Source: Bacteroidota bacterium (GTDB lineage: Bacteria; Bacteroidota; Bacteroidia; JAHEXY01). Taken from it: a stretch of DNA of 64,000 nt. The stretch is from assembly GCA_023251875.1 (NCBI GenBank), contig JAHEXY010000004.1, forward strand, positions 64,854 to 128,853, in the 5' to 3' direction. Under the pieces are notes generated by a model, which was given only the letters and a program-made list of their open reading frames with translations, searched no databases and was not told the DNA's origin. Position numbers and translations under genes: made by a program. Positions 1-8,218 of this stretch are shown one piece after another (within the stretch, counting starts at the first letter, position 1; the number at the start of each line of letters is the position of its first letter).

Positions 1-1
1 A

Positions 2-217
2 GATTTAGTTCTTGTAGATTTAAACAATCCATGGACTGTAAAAAAAGAAAACATTTTATACAAGTGTGCTTGGAGCCCTTTTGAAGATCAAACTTTTCAA
101 TCAAAAATTACCCACACCTTTGTAAATGGGAATTTGGTTTATGAAAATAAAGGAGTAAATGATATAGGTGCATTTAATGAAGAAAAAAAAGGTGAACGAA
201 TTTTATTTACGAGATAG
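2..217 (+). CDS. pyrC: dihydroorotase (amidohydrolase), C-terminal fragment. The gene begins upstream of the window.
   Basis: Frame 2 is open from position 2 to the TAG at 215-217. The translation ...DLVLVDLNNPWTVKKENILYKCAWSPFEDQTFQSKITHTFVNGNLVYENKG... matches the conserved C-terminus of dihydroorotase-type amidohydrolases. Confidence 0.55.
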   Translation, partial: DLVLVDLNNPWTVKKENILYKCAWSPFEDQTFQSKITHTFVNGNLVYENKGVNDIGAFNEEKKGERILFTR

Positions 218-218
218 A

Positions 219-293
219 GGCTTTCTAAAAATTATCATTTAGGTCCCTCTCTTGAGAGGGATTAAGGGAGAGGAAATAAAACAATACAAATTT
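219..293 (+). terminator. long stem-loop downstream of pyrC. A 15-bp perfect inverted repeat (ggctttctaaaaatt / aatttttagaaagcc) encloses the GC-rich palindrome ccctctc-tt-gagaggg.
   Basis: Inverted repeats at 219-233 and 279-293 were read directly. The inner palindrome lies at 250-265. The element sits between a stop codon and the next gene start. Confidence 0.4.
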
Positions 294-310
294 TTAGAAA
301 GCCTATAAAC

Positions 311-826
311 ATGAAATTATTCCTTATTCTTCTTATACTACTTACACTTTCAATCCTTACTTATCAAGATTTTAAAGAAAGAGCCATTTCATGGCTTACC
401 ATTCCTACTCTAATCATCTTATTTTCAGCTGGCGCAGTTATAGAATCAACATCTTTCAGAGATTACTTAATGGATGTTGGCATAAATTTGACTTTTGTTG
501 CCATTCAAATGGCTATTTTATTTATTTATTTTTCACTTAGAGCAGGTAAATTAACCAATCTCATCAATACAAAAATTGGCATAGGCGATATTTTATTTTT
601 TATTGCATTAACATTTGCCTTTTCTCCCGTAAATTTTATTTTGTTTTATGTTGGCAGCCTCTCTATAATTACAATCTCATTTCTTTTTATGAAATTACTT
701 TTCAAAAATATTTCGCCTGAAATTCCGCTGGCGGGCGCAATGGCAGCACTACTTATTATTTGGTATTTTGTTGCATTGCTTATTCCCGATTTTCATCCAC
801 TTCATGATTTCTTTCCTACTGAATAG
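311..826 (+). CDS. A24-family prepilin peptidase-like membrane protein (CpaA/TadV-like)
   Basis: 171 aa, polytopic and hydrophobic. The N-terminal motif YQDFKERAISWLTIP resembles the first catalytic-Asp region of TadV/CpaA. A GIGDILFF motif resembles the second Asp box, G(G)GD(V/I)K. Confidence 0.4.
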   Translation: MKLFLILLILLTLSILTYQDFKERAISWLTIPTLIILFSAGAVIESTSFRDYLMDVGINLTFVAIQMAILFIYFSLRAGKLTNLINTKIGIGDILFFIALTFAFSPVNFILFYVGSLSIITISFLFMKLLFKNISPEIPLAGAMAALLIIWYFVALLIPDFHPLHDFFPTE

Positions 827-955
827 ATAATATCTCTTAACAAGCTGATTTTATCTTATAATTGTTTCCTCAATTAAAGTATTTTGTATACTTTTGTGCG
901 CTTAATTATCCCCCCTTAATAAGCCCCCAATCTTATTGAAATTAAATTTATTTTT

Positions 956-3172
956 ATGAAAATAGGCATGTATAAGCTTATAAATAAGCTTTTTTGTTTT
1001 ATTCTTTTTCTTCCATTAATCGGAATGAGCCAACAACAATTTTTTCAAAAAACTTATGAATTTTCTCAATCCACTACAGCACGTTCTATAAAACCTACTT
1101 ACGATAACGGCTTTATTATTTGCGGTGCTACGCATGAAGGAAGTGGCAATGGTAATGATCTTGATTTTCTTTTGATCAAAACCGATTCAATGGGCACTAA
1201 AAAATGGTATAAGCATTTTGGAGATATTAGAAATGATAAAGCCTATTCAGTAGTTGAAACTGCTGATAGCGGTTTTGCCATCTGCGGACAAACCCAATGT
1301 GAAGGAGGATACAAAGATCTATATATTGTTAGAACGGATAAAGATGGCAATAAACTATGGGACACAAAAGTAGGTGGTGAGTATAATGAATATGGAATGA
1401 ATATACAAAATACCACAGATGGGGGTTTTATTGTTGTAGGGTTTTATCAAAAAGAATTAGCAAGTGAACTTATAGATTCATTAGAAGAAGGTGAAGAAAA
1501 CGAATTCAATTCAGGACATGATTTTGGCAACTCCGATATTTTTTTGGTGAAATTTGATCCTAATGGTAAAGAACAATGGGAGAAAAAATTTGGAGGAGAC
1601 CAATCTGAAAACGGTCGTGGCGTTAAACAAACTCCTGATGGTGGTTATATAGTTGCAGGAAATACGGAAAGCTATGGAGCAGGAATGAATGATATCTTTC
1701 TTGTAAGAACAGATAGTTTAGGAAAAACCATTTGGGCAAAAACCTTTGGTTTGCAATATGCCGATAAAGCTTATTCGGTTGATTTAACAAATGATGGAAA
1801 TTATATTATATCCGGTTATACATCAACAGATGGTAATAAAAATGGCTGCTTATTAAAAATCAGTCCTGATGGAAATTTAATTTGGGAGACTATAGTTTCA
1901 GAAGCAGGAAGCATGAATAATTTTAGATCGGTTCGTCAAAATCCGGATGGTTCATTTATTATGGGAGGTAATTCTCAAGATCAGGGAAGTGGAATATACG
2001 ATGCCATTTTTGTAAAAGTATCTGAAAAAGGAAAAGAATTATGGAGAAAAAAATACGGTGGCTTAAAAGAAGAACGTTGCTATAATGTAAACTATGCCCA
2101 TGATGGAAATTATGTTTTAGTAGGCTCTTCTACTAGTTTTAGTACAGATACAGCCAAAGATGTATACTTTGTAAAAACATTAAATTGTTCTGCCGTTTCT
2201 GATCCTTATTTACAATTACTAGCGCCATTTGGATTGTTTGATTGTGATTCTACTGTATTAAAAGCACAAGGTGGTTTGGGAAATTATGAATGGAATACAA
2301 AAGACTCTAGCAATTATATAATAATAAAAAGAAGTGGCGATTATTATGTTTCTACTAGTAGAGACGAGTGTGCATTTTATTCTGATACGGTTTATGTAAG
2401 TATTGTAAATCCGGTTGTAAAACCCCTTATTGATTCCACTTTAATTGCAGGTTGTTTTGGCAATTATTATCGCTTATCGTTTACACGTGACGAAAGAGAT
2501 TTTGATGATTTGTTATGGTCGAACAATGAGCATGGTGATACTATAAAAACAGGTCGGGCTGGAGAATATGTGCTATCTGCTATTTCAAATGAATGTGGAA
2601 CGTTTACAGATACCATACAAATTCCAGCAATTGATGAGAGCAAACCTCTACATTTTACTTATCAAATATTATCAAGCGATTCTATTCGTTTAGTTTGGGA
2701 TGCTGTTGATGATGTAGATTTTTATCAAATTGAATATAATATTATTGGAGATGAGCCTACAAAAGTTGCTGTTACTGATACGGCAAAATTAATGCATTCA
2801 TTACGTTGTTGTGCCACTTATGCCTTTACAATTAAAACCAAATGCAATGGAGATTGGGATGAAATAATGGCACCAACCCTGTATTTTACAACGCCTGATT
2901 GCCCTGATTTTGAATGTAATTACAACCACGAAAAACTATTTGAATTTTATCCCAATCCTGCACACACACTTTTGCATATTTCATTAATAAGCCCAAGTGC
3001 AAATGATGTATATTTTTACATTACCGATTTAACCGGAAAAATGGTTTATAATCTTCAAGAAAAATCATACGAATCAAAAAGTATTGATATTAGCCATATT
3101 GATAAAGGCCTGTATATGATATGGGGAGTAAGTAATGATATTGTTCAGAATTATAAACTAATCATTAATTAA
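956..3172 (+). CDS. T9SS-secreted repeat protein: N-terminal beta-propeller-like repeats, an FN3/Ig-like region, and a C-terminal T9SS sorting domain
   Basis: Signal peptide present. Repeated ~45-aa units (DGGYIVAG.T.S.G.G..D.FLV+.D..G...W.K.FGG). The C-terminus (FEFYPNPAHTLLHISL...GLYMIWG...) is a typical Por/T9SS CTD. Confidence 0.6.
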   Translation: MKIGMYKLINKLFCFILFLPLIGMSQQQFFQKTYEFSQSTTARSIKPTYDNGFIICGATHEGSGNGNDLDFLLIKTDSMGTKKWYKHFGDIRNDKAYSVVETADSGFAICGQTQCEGGYKDLYIVRTDKDGNKLWDTKVGGEYNEYGMNIQNTTDGGFIVVGFYQKELASELIDSLEEGEENEFNSGHDFGNSDIFLVKFDPNGKEQWEKKFGGDQSENGRGVKQTPDGGYIVAGNTESYGAGMNDIFLVRTDSLGKTIWAKTFGLQYADKAYSVDLTNDGNYIISGYTSTDGNKNGCLLKISPDGNLIWETIVSEAGSMNNFRSVRQNPDGSFIMGGNSQDQGSGIYDAIFVKVSEKGKELWRKKYGGLKEERCYNVNYAHDGNYVLVGSSTSFSTDTAKDVYFVKTLNCSAVSDPYLQLLAPFGLFDCDSTVLKAQGGLGNYEWNTKDSSNYIIIKRSGDYYVSTSRDECAFYSDTVYVSIVNPVVKPLIDSTLIAGCFGNYYRLSFTRDERDFDDLLWSNNEHGDTIKTGRAGEYVLSAISNECGTFTDTIQIPAIDESKPLHFTYQILSSDSIRLVWDAVDDVDFYQIEYNIIGDEPTKVAVTDTAKLMHSLRCCATYAFTIKTKCNGDWDEIMAPTLYFTTPDCPDFECNYNHEKLFEFYPNPAHTLLHISLISPSANDVYFYITDLTGKMVYNLQEKSYESKSIDISHIDKGLYMIWGVSNDIVQNYKLIIN

Positions 3173-3205
3173 AAGCTCTGTGTCTTTGTGCCTCTGCGGT
3201 TAAAA

Positions 3206-3619
3206 TTACTCTTCGGATATTTTTTTATTGCGTAGGTATTTTTTCTCAGAAAGTTTTATTTTTGATTGTTTCCGCTTTGCTTTTGCAGCTTTTGAAAGCT
3301 TGGTGGGCTTACGTTCTTTTTGAACTTTTAAAGCACGTTCGAGTAATTGATAAAACTTTTCAATCACAGCCTTTTTATTTACCATTTGAGAACGATCGGC
3401 ATCGGCTGCCAAATGAAGTATGCCTTCTTGTGTAATTCTATTGGCTAAATTGAAGAGTATTCTTTGTTTTTGTTCTGTACTTAAAATTTGAGAATAGGTA
3501 ACATCAAAAAATAATTCAACACGACTCTCAGTTTTATTTACATGCTGCCCTCCCTTTCCGCTTGAGCGAGAAGTTTTAAAATTTAATTCAGAAGAAAAAT
3601 CTATTTCACTAATTTTCAT
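3206..3619 (-). CDS. arfB: alternative ribosome-rescue factor ArfB (peptidyl-tRNA hydrolase, GGQ-domain protein)
   Basis: 137 aa with SGKGGQHVNKTES (GGQ motif) followed by a Lys/Arg-rich C-terminal tail, the hallmark of ArfB/YaeJ. Confidence 0.85.
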   Translation of the reverse strand: MKISEIDFSSELNFKTSRSSGKGGQHVNKTESRVELFFDVTYSQILSTEQKQRILFNLANRITQEGILHLAADADRSQMVNKKAVIEKFYQLLERALKVQKERKPTKLSKAAKAKRKQSKIKLSEKKYLRNKKISEE

Positions 3620-4736
3620 TTAGCTGATATATTACATTTCTATTTTTTAACTCTTGTAGAATAAAATTAAAACATTCTTTTTTACTTCCAATTAATTCAG
3701 GAGTAATAATTCCTTTTTGTGAATACAGGTTAGTTAAAATAAGTCTAGCTGCTGCTGTACAGGTAAATCCTGTTGTTCTCGCCATTGACGACATTCCATT
3801 TATTTTATCTGTTTCATCAAACAGATTCCAAGTAATTGTTTTTTCTTTTCTGTTTTCTATTCCCTTTACTACAATTCTCATCACAGTAAATTCTTCGTCT
3901 TCAGAATTCAATTTCCATTCTTTAAATAATATTTTGCTCGAAAATTCAAGGGGAGAGATTTCCGTATTTTTAATTGTAATGGGCTGTTCATTAAAAAAAC
4001 CTCCATCACGCAAAGCCATCATTAAATCTGCATGACCGGGATAACGCAACGTTTTCTCCACCATGTTTGGGATATGCTTCATGGTAAAAATTAATGAACG
4101 CAATCCATCAGAATTAAAAGCTTCTAAGGTTCCAATCTTATCAAAATTGATATATTCAATTTCTGTTAAAGCAGGCTTTGTTACTATCTGATTGTTTACA
4201 ACCAATCGTGCCGGTCGCGTATATTCTTCAATAACATCAACAGGAGAAAAAGGTGCTTTGTATTGAAAGGGTAATTTTCTTTCCTTCGGTAGTCCACCCA
4301 CCATGCATACAAAATCTGTAACTTGCATTTGCGCATTGTGATAGCCTAAAATAATATTATCCATTCCCGGAGCAACACCACAATCAACAATGGCTGTTAT
4401 ATTTTTTTGCTTAGCTAATTCATCCAAATCCAATGAATTTTCAGGAAAGAAAGAAATATCTACAACATTTTTTCCGCTTTCAATAATTGTTTTAAGTGTG
4501 TGATATCCCATAAAACCTGGAACCGCAGAAATAACCAAATCGAAATTTGCAATTGCATTTTGTAATGCGCCTCCATTCTTGATATCTAATACAAGTGTTT
4601 TTACTCCATATTTTTTATTCAATTTTTCTACTGCAGAAGCATTAATATCCGCAACAGTAACATCATGTTCTTTGTATAAATCAAAAACAATGGCGGTGCC
4701 CACCATACCTGCTCCTAAAACTATAATTTTGTTCAT
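3609..4736 (-). CDS. saccharopine dehydrogenase-family NAD(P)-binding oxidoreductase
   Basis: N-terminal Rossmann motif IIVLGAGMVGTAI. Length (375 aa) and the sacchrp_dh-like central region fit. Overlaps arfB by 11 bp, so the two are likely an operon. Confidence 0.55.
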   Translation of the reverse strand: MNKIIVLGAGMVGTAIVFDLYKEHDVTVADINASAVEKLNKKYGVKTLVLDIKNGGALQNAIANFDLVISAVPGFMGYHTLKTIIESGKNVVDISFFPENSLDLDELAKQKNITAIVDCGVAPGMDNIILGYHNAQMQVTDFVCMVGGLPKERKLPFQYKAPFSPVDVIEEYTRPARLVVNNQIVTKPALTEIEYINFDKIGTLEAFNSDGLRSLIFTMKHIPNMVEKTLRYPGHADLMMALRDGGFFNEQPITIKNTEISPLEFSSKILFKEWKLNSEDEEFTVMRIVVKGIENRKEKTITWNLFDETDKINGMSSMARTTGFTCTAAARLILTNLYSQKGIITPELIGSKKECFNFILQELKNRNVIYQLNEN

Positions 4737-5515
4737 ATTTTATTTTGTTCATTTAAACTATTAATCACCACACAGGCATATACACCTGCTGTTTCTGTAC
4801 GCAAACGACTTTGACCCAAGCTTATTGGAATAAAATTATGTTGTAATGCTAATTCAATTTCTGTTGGAGTAAAGTCGCCTTCTGGGCCAATTAACACTAG
4901 AAATGACACCCCTCCTAGCCTCCCCGAAGGGGAGGAATTAGGTTCCTGCAAAGAATTAATCTGATCAAAATTTGAAAGGCTATCTGATATATATTTTTGA
5001 ATATGGATAAGATCATTGCCATTACAATGTGCAATTAGCTTTATGCACCCTTCCCCTCTCTTTAGGAGAGGGGCCAGGGGTGAGGCCTCATTCAATTTTG
5101 GATGATAGGATTTTAAGGATTGCTTTACAGCAGATGTAATAATTTTATTCAAGCGTTCAAAACGCAATTTTTCTTTTACTGAACGTTCACAAATAAGTGG
5201 AGTAATTTCATCAATGCCAATTTCAGTTGCTTTTTCTAAAAACCATTCTAAACGATCTGAGTTTTTTGTTGGCGCAATGGCAATATGTAAATAGTGATTT
5301 CTTTTACCATACTCTTTCATTGTTTCAACAACCTCAACCTCACAACTAGTTTTATCAATATGAGCAATTTGAGCTTTGTATAAAGTTCCTTTACCATCAG
5401 TAAGATGTACTTCATCTCCTTTTTGCAAGCGCAATACTTTTAAGCAATGGCGAGCTTCTTCTTCGCTAAGAGAATAGGTGTTTGAAGTTATATCCGGGGT
5501 GTAGAAGAGTTGCAT
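4733..5515 (-). CDS. rsmE: 16S rRNA (uracil1498-N3)-methyltransferase RsmE, carrying two in-frame GC-rich palindromic insertions
   Basis: MQLFYTPDI...EEARHCLKVLRLQKGDEV..., KATEIGIDEITPL.CERS and LIGPEGDFT are typical of RsmE. GC-rich hairpin sequences at ~4911-4945 and ~5046-5090 encode extra residues (SPLAPLLKRGEG and NSSPSGRLGG) between conserved blocks. Confidence 0.8.
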   Translation of the reverse strand: MQLFYTPDITSNTYSLSEEEARHCLKVLRLQKGDEVHLTDGKGTLYKAQIAHIDKTSCEVEVVETMKEYGKRNHYLHIAIAPTKNSDRLEWFLEKATEIGIDEITPLICERSVKEKLRFERLNKIITSAVKQSLKSYHPKLNEASPLAPLLKRGEGCIKLIAHCNGNDLIHIQKYISDSLSNFDQINSLQEPNSSPSGRLGGVSFLVLIGPEGDFTPTEIELALQHNFIPISLGQSRLRTETAGVYACVVINSLNEQNKI

Positions 5516-5540
5516 AAGATTGTTTTAAATATTCTAGACG

Positions 5541-5579
5541 CAATTAATGTGCAATTTGTGCAATTAATGTGCAATTCAT
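5541..5579. promoter_or_regulatory. tandem direct repeat of the near-palindromic box gcaattaatgtgcaatt (x2, period 20), directly upstream of the rsmE start
   Basis: Two perfect 17-bp copies lie at 5541-5557 and 5561-5577. A related copy, atgcaattaatttacaattcat, lies at 8055-8076. Confidence 0.35.
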
Positions 5580-6892
5580 TTTAACTGATAAAATGCACCC
5601 GCACCTTTAACATTACTAGCAACAAGAATATCTTTATTAACTAAGTCAGAAAGGTCATTACTAGCTGTATTTCTCGAGCATTCATTTAGTAAACAATAGT
5701 CTTTATTAGTAATTTTTTCATTTTCTTTTACAAAAAACACAGCTTTTAATTGCCTTTCATTAAGTCCAATTTTAGTTAATTGTTCTTCATTTAGGTTGTC
5801 TTTAAACAGCGTTACTAAAAAACCTCCTTGAAATTCCATTATTTCCGGTTCAGGCAATTCAGCTGCTTTACATTCATTGTATATTTTCAGGGTTCCACGT
5901 CCCCATGAATCTATAAATCCTCCTTTAAAACATACATCAGCAATTAATACATTTCTTGGTCGCGAAGTATGAAATCCTTTTAATGCTTCAAACGTTAATC
6001 CTTCAGGAAGCGTTCCTTCATTCCAAAAATTAATTCTGTTATCGTAAATCCTTATTTGAATTGGAGCTCCCATATAGTTTCGATGTACAAGAGCATTTAA
6101 AATAATTTCCCTTAGAGCAAGAGTTGGATATTCATTTTTTTCAATCCTATTCATTCCTGAAAATTCTACTTTTCTTATCAGAAATTTATGGTGCAATTGA
6201 TTTAAAATTGCCTGAAGCAATACAAATAAATTTCCCTCCTCAACTTCCTGAAAAACAAGATCCGCATCATCATTCCCGAATTTACCGATTTTAACAAAAG
6301 TATTGGGATAAAATTTACCGGGGTCTTTCCCGAATAAAATGATTGCAGCACGTTTTAATTGTCCGTTTTCAATAAGGCGCAATTTTTCAAGCAATTCTGA
6401 AACTGAGATATCTTTAGATTCAGGTAAACGCCCTGCATTTTCTGCAGCTATTAAAAATGTTTTTATGCTTTTGTCATCAATATCATTTATAGTTGCCCTG
6501 GGTTCTATAACATCATCCCAAGTTTTACCGGATTTTTTAAGAAGAAATTCATTTAATGACGCGCCCGTTAATTCTTGTTTAGTACTTCCACTTCTATAAT
6601 AATACCTGCCTCTTAGTGAAATGGGAACCGAGTATGGATGCGTTACAATTTCAATAAAATATTTTTCGTTTTCTTGATGCAAATTTACTTCAACAGTAAT
6701 ACCCATTAAGTTTCTAATCTTATTGGGTATTTCATCCATCAAGCGTTTATAATCAGAAATACCAACAACAACACCATTATCATCTTTGCCAATAAAAATT
6801 AAACCACCCTGAGCATTGGCAAAACCGCATACCCACTTTAGGTAATCGTCATGCCAATTTTGTTTGTATTCTATATTTTGTTGTTCGGGCAT
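5576..6892 (-). CDS. Schlafen/AlbA_2-domain protein with ATPase-like and C-terminal HTH regions. This domain architecture is sometimes mis-annotated as RecG-like.
   Basis: N-terminal YKQNW...GFANAQGGLIFIGKDDNGVVVGI matches the AlbA_2 divergent AAA-4 domain. The C-terminus is winged-helix-like (NERQLKAVFFVKENEKITNKDYCLLNECSRNTASNDLSDL). Confidence 0.5.
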   Translation of the reverse strand: MPEQQNIEYKQNWHDDYLKWVCGFANAQGGLIFIGKDDNGVVVGISDYKRLMDEIPNKIRNLMGITVEVNLHQENEKYFIEIVTHPYSVPISLRGRYYYRSGSTKQELTGASLNEFLLKKSGKTWDDVIEPRATINDIDDKSIKTFLIAAENAGRLPESKDISVSELLEKLRLIENGQLKRAAIILFGKDPGKFYPNTFVKIGKFGNDDADLVFQEVEEGNLFVLLQAILNQLHHKFLIRKVEFSGMNRIEKNEYPTLALREIILNALVHRNYMGAPIQIRIYDNRINFWNEGTLPEGLTFEALKGFHTSRPRNVLIADVCFKGGFIDSWGRGTLKIYNECKAAELPEPEIMEFQGGFLVTLFKDNLNEEQLTKIGLNERQLKAVFFVKENEKITNKDYCLLNECSRNTASNDLSDLVNKDILVASNVKGAGAFYQLK

Positions 6893-6966
6893 TTAATTTT
6901 CATTTTGGCTAAAGCCAATTTTATTTATTCTTTTCTACTCCACGATCTAAAGATCGTGGCAATAAA

Positions 6967-7638
6967 TTATTTCTTTGGTTCTTCATCAGAAATATTATAC
7001 TCTTTTTTTAAGAGAATTAATAAGTTTTCTGCTTGCTTTTTTATTTCTTCCATCCATTCTACTTCAGCTCTAAGCAACGCTTTATAAAACAGAGTCCGAT
7101 TACCCAATTCAATCAATTTGTCTTTTTTAGCACTAACATCATAGAGTGAACTTAATTTTGTTGCATTAAAATTAAAAATTTCTACTTCTAAATTTAAAAT
7201 ACCCTGAACATTCTGCATATTTATATCAGCTTGTACTTTATGGCCTTCATTTTCTTCATAATAACTAATAATGCTATCAGCAACAATTTTATTTTGAATA
7301 AATCTAAAATTTCCAGAAGATTTAAGTTGAGAAATGGTAGTATTTCGATCGCTAAAACTACTTCCTTCATTTAAATATTCAGTTATCAAAACAACCATTT
7401 CATTACTTGGCTTATTATCATCAATTGGATCTTTAAATAGCGCCAATAAGCTATCAATACCTTTCATTTGCTGTTCATTTTGCTCAATACTTTCAGGTAT
7501 AGATTTAATATCAACCTCCAAATCCTTTACCATACTTTCCATATATTCTTTTTCTTTATGCCTGTCAGCATAATCTTCTCTTTTATTTTCCATAAAAAAA
7601 ACCGGCAGTAACTGCAAGAAAAAGCATAAAAAATTCAA
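6967..7638 (-). CDS. coiled-coil hypothetical protein. It may be the downstream part of a gene split by a homopolymer frameshift (see 7583-7834).
   Basis: Charged, coiled-coil-like composition. Its 5' end overlaps ORF 7583-7834 in another frame, across a T8 tract on the coding strand. Confidence 0.4.
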   Translation of the reverse strand: MNFLCFFLQLLPVFFMENKREDYADRHKEKEYMESMVKDLEVDIKSIPESIEQNEQQMKGIDSLLALFKDPIDDNKPSNEMVVLITEYLNEGSSFSDRNTTISQLKSSGNFRFIQNKIVADSIISYYEENEGHKVQADINMQNVQGILNLEVEIFNFNATKLSSLYDVSAKKDKLIELGNRTLFYKALLRAEVEWMEEIKKQAENLLILLKKEYNISDEEPKK

Positions 7639-7834
7639 AAAAATAATCTTTTAATTTTTTATTATGATGTACCGGATGTGGGTGATGAACTTCCATATCA
7701 TTAGATTTTTTTGGTGATTCAATTTTTTGTTCTTCTTGGATATTTTCAACACTTACTTTCTGAGGAGAAAATTTAGGAGTGGGCTTATGAGTTAGGCCGC
7801 CTTTTTTCTTATTTAATTTTTTTCCTTTTGACAT
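7583..7834 (-). CDS. small Lys/His-rich protein ending in a transmembrane helix. It may be the N-terminal part of the frameshift-split gene.
   Basis: 83 aa. The C-terminal DYFFEFFMLFLAVTAGFFYGK is one TM segment. Deleting one T in the T8 run (plus-strand A8 at 7594-7601) would fuse this frame to MENKRE... of ORF 6967-7638. Confidence 0.35.
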   Translation of the reverse strand: MSKGKKLNKKKGGLTHKPTPKFSPQKVSVENIQEEQKIESPKKSNDMEVHHPHPVHHNKKLKDYFFEFFMLFLAVTAGFFYGK

Positions 7835-7856
7835 ATTTCAGAATCTAGGATGTTTT

Positions 7857-8006
7857 TTAACCGCTACGCGGTATGAAATTTATTGGGCAACTCTTGTTTC
7901 TACAATACTGTAACGCCTATGGCGTATTCTCATTCCATTGCCCGGAGGGCATACATTATTGTAGTAAAATATATTATTTGTATTTATACCTCGTAGAGGT
8001 TTAATT
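7857..8006 (-). repeat. modular hairpin repeat element, copy A (minus orientation)
   Basis: Reverse complement aligns block by block with copies at 28546-28705 and 49549-49703 (aaacctcTACgaggt ... ctacaataatgtatgcccTCCgggcaat ... cataggcgttacagtattgtag ... ataccgcGTAgcggttaaa). Confidence 0.7.
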
Positions 8007-8218
8007 ATAATATTAAAAATTATTTTAAATCAGTTTTTCATTGACCATTATAAAATGCAATTAATTTACAATTCATCTAAAAATTCTTTTAAAGTTACCG
8101 CCTTCTTTTCCCCTTTTTTTATTTTTTCAAGCTCTTTAAACGAATATTTTAATTCATTCTTAAGTTTATTGTATTGTTTTTGTCTAGTTGTAAAATTTAT
8201 TTTCATTTGAAATAAAAA

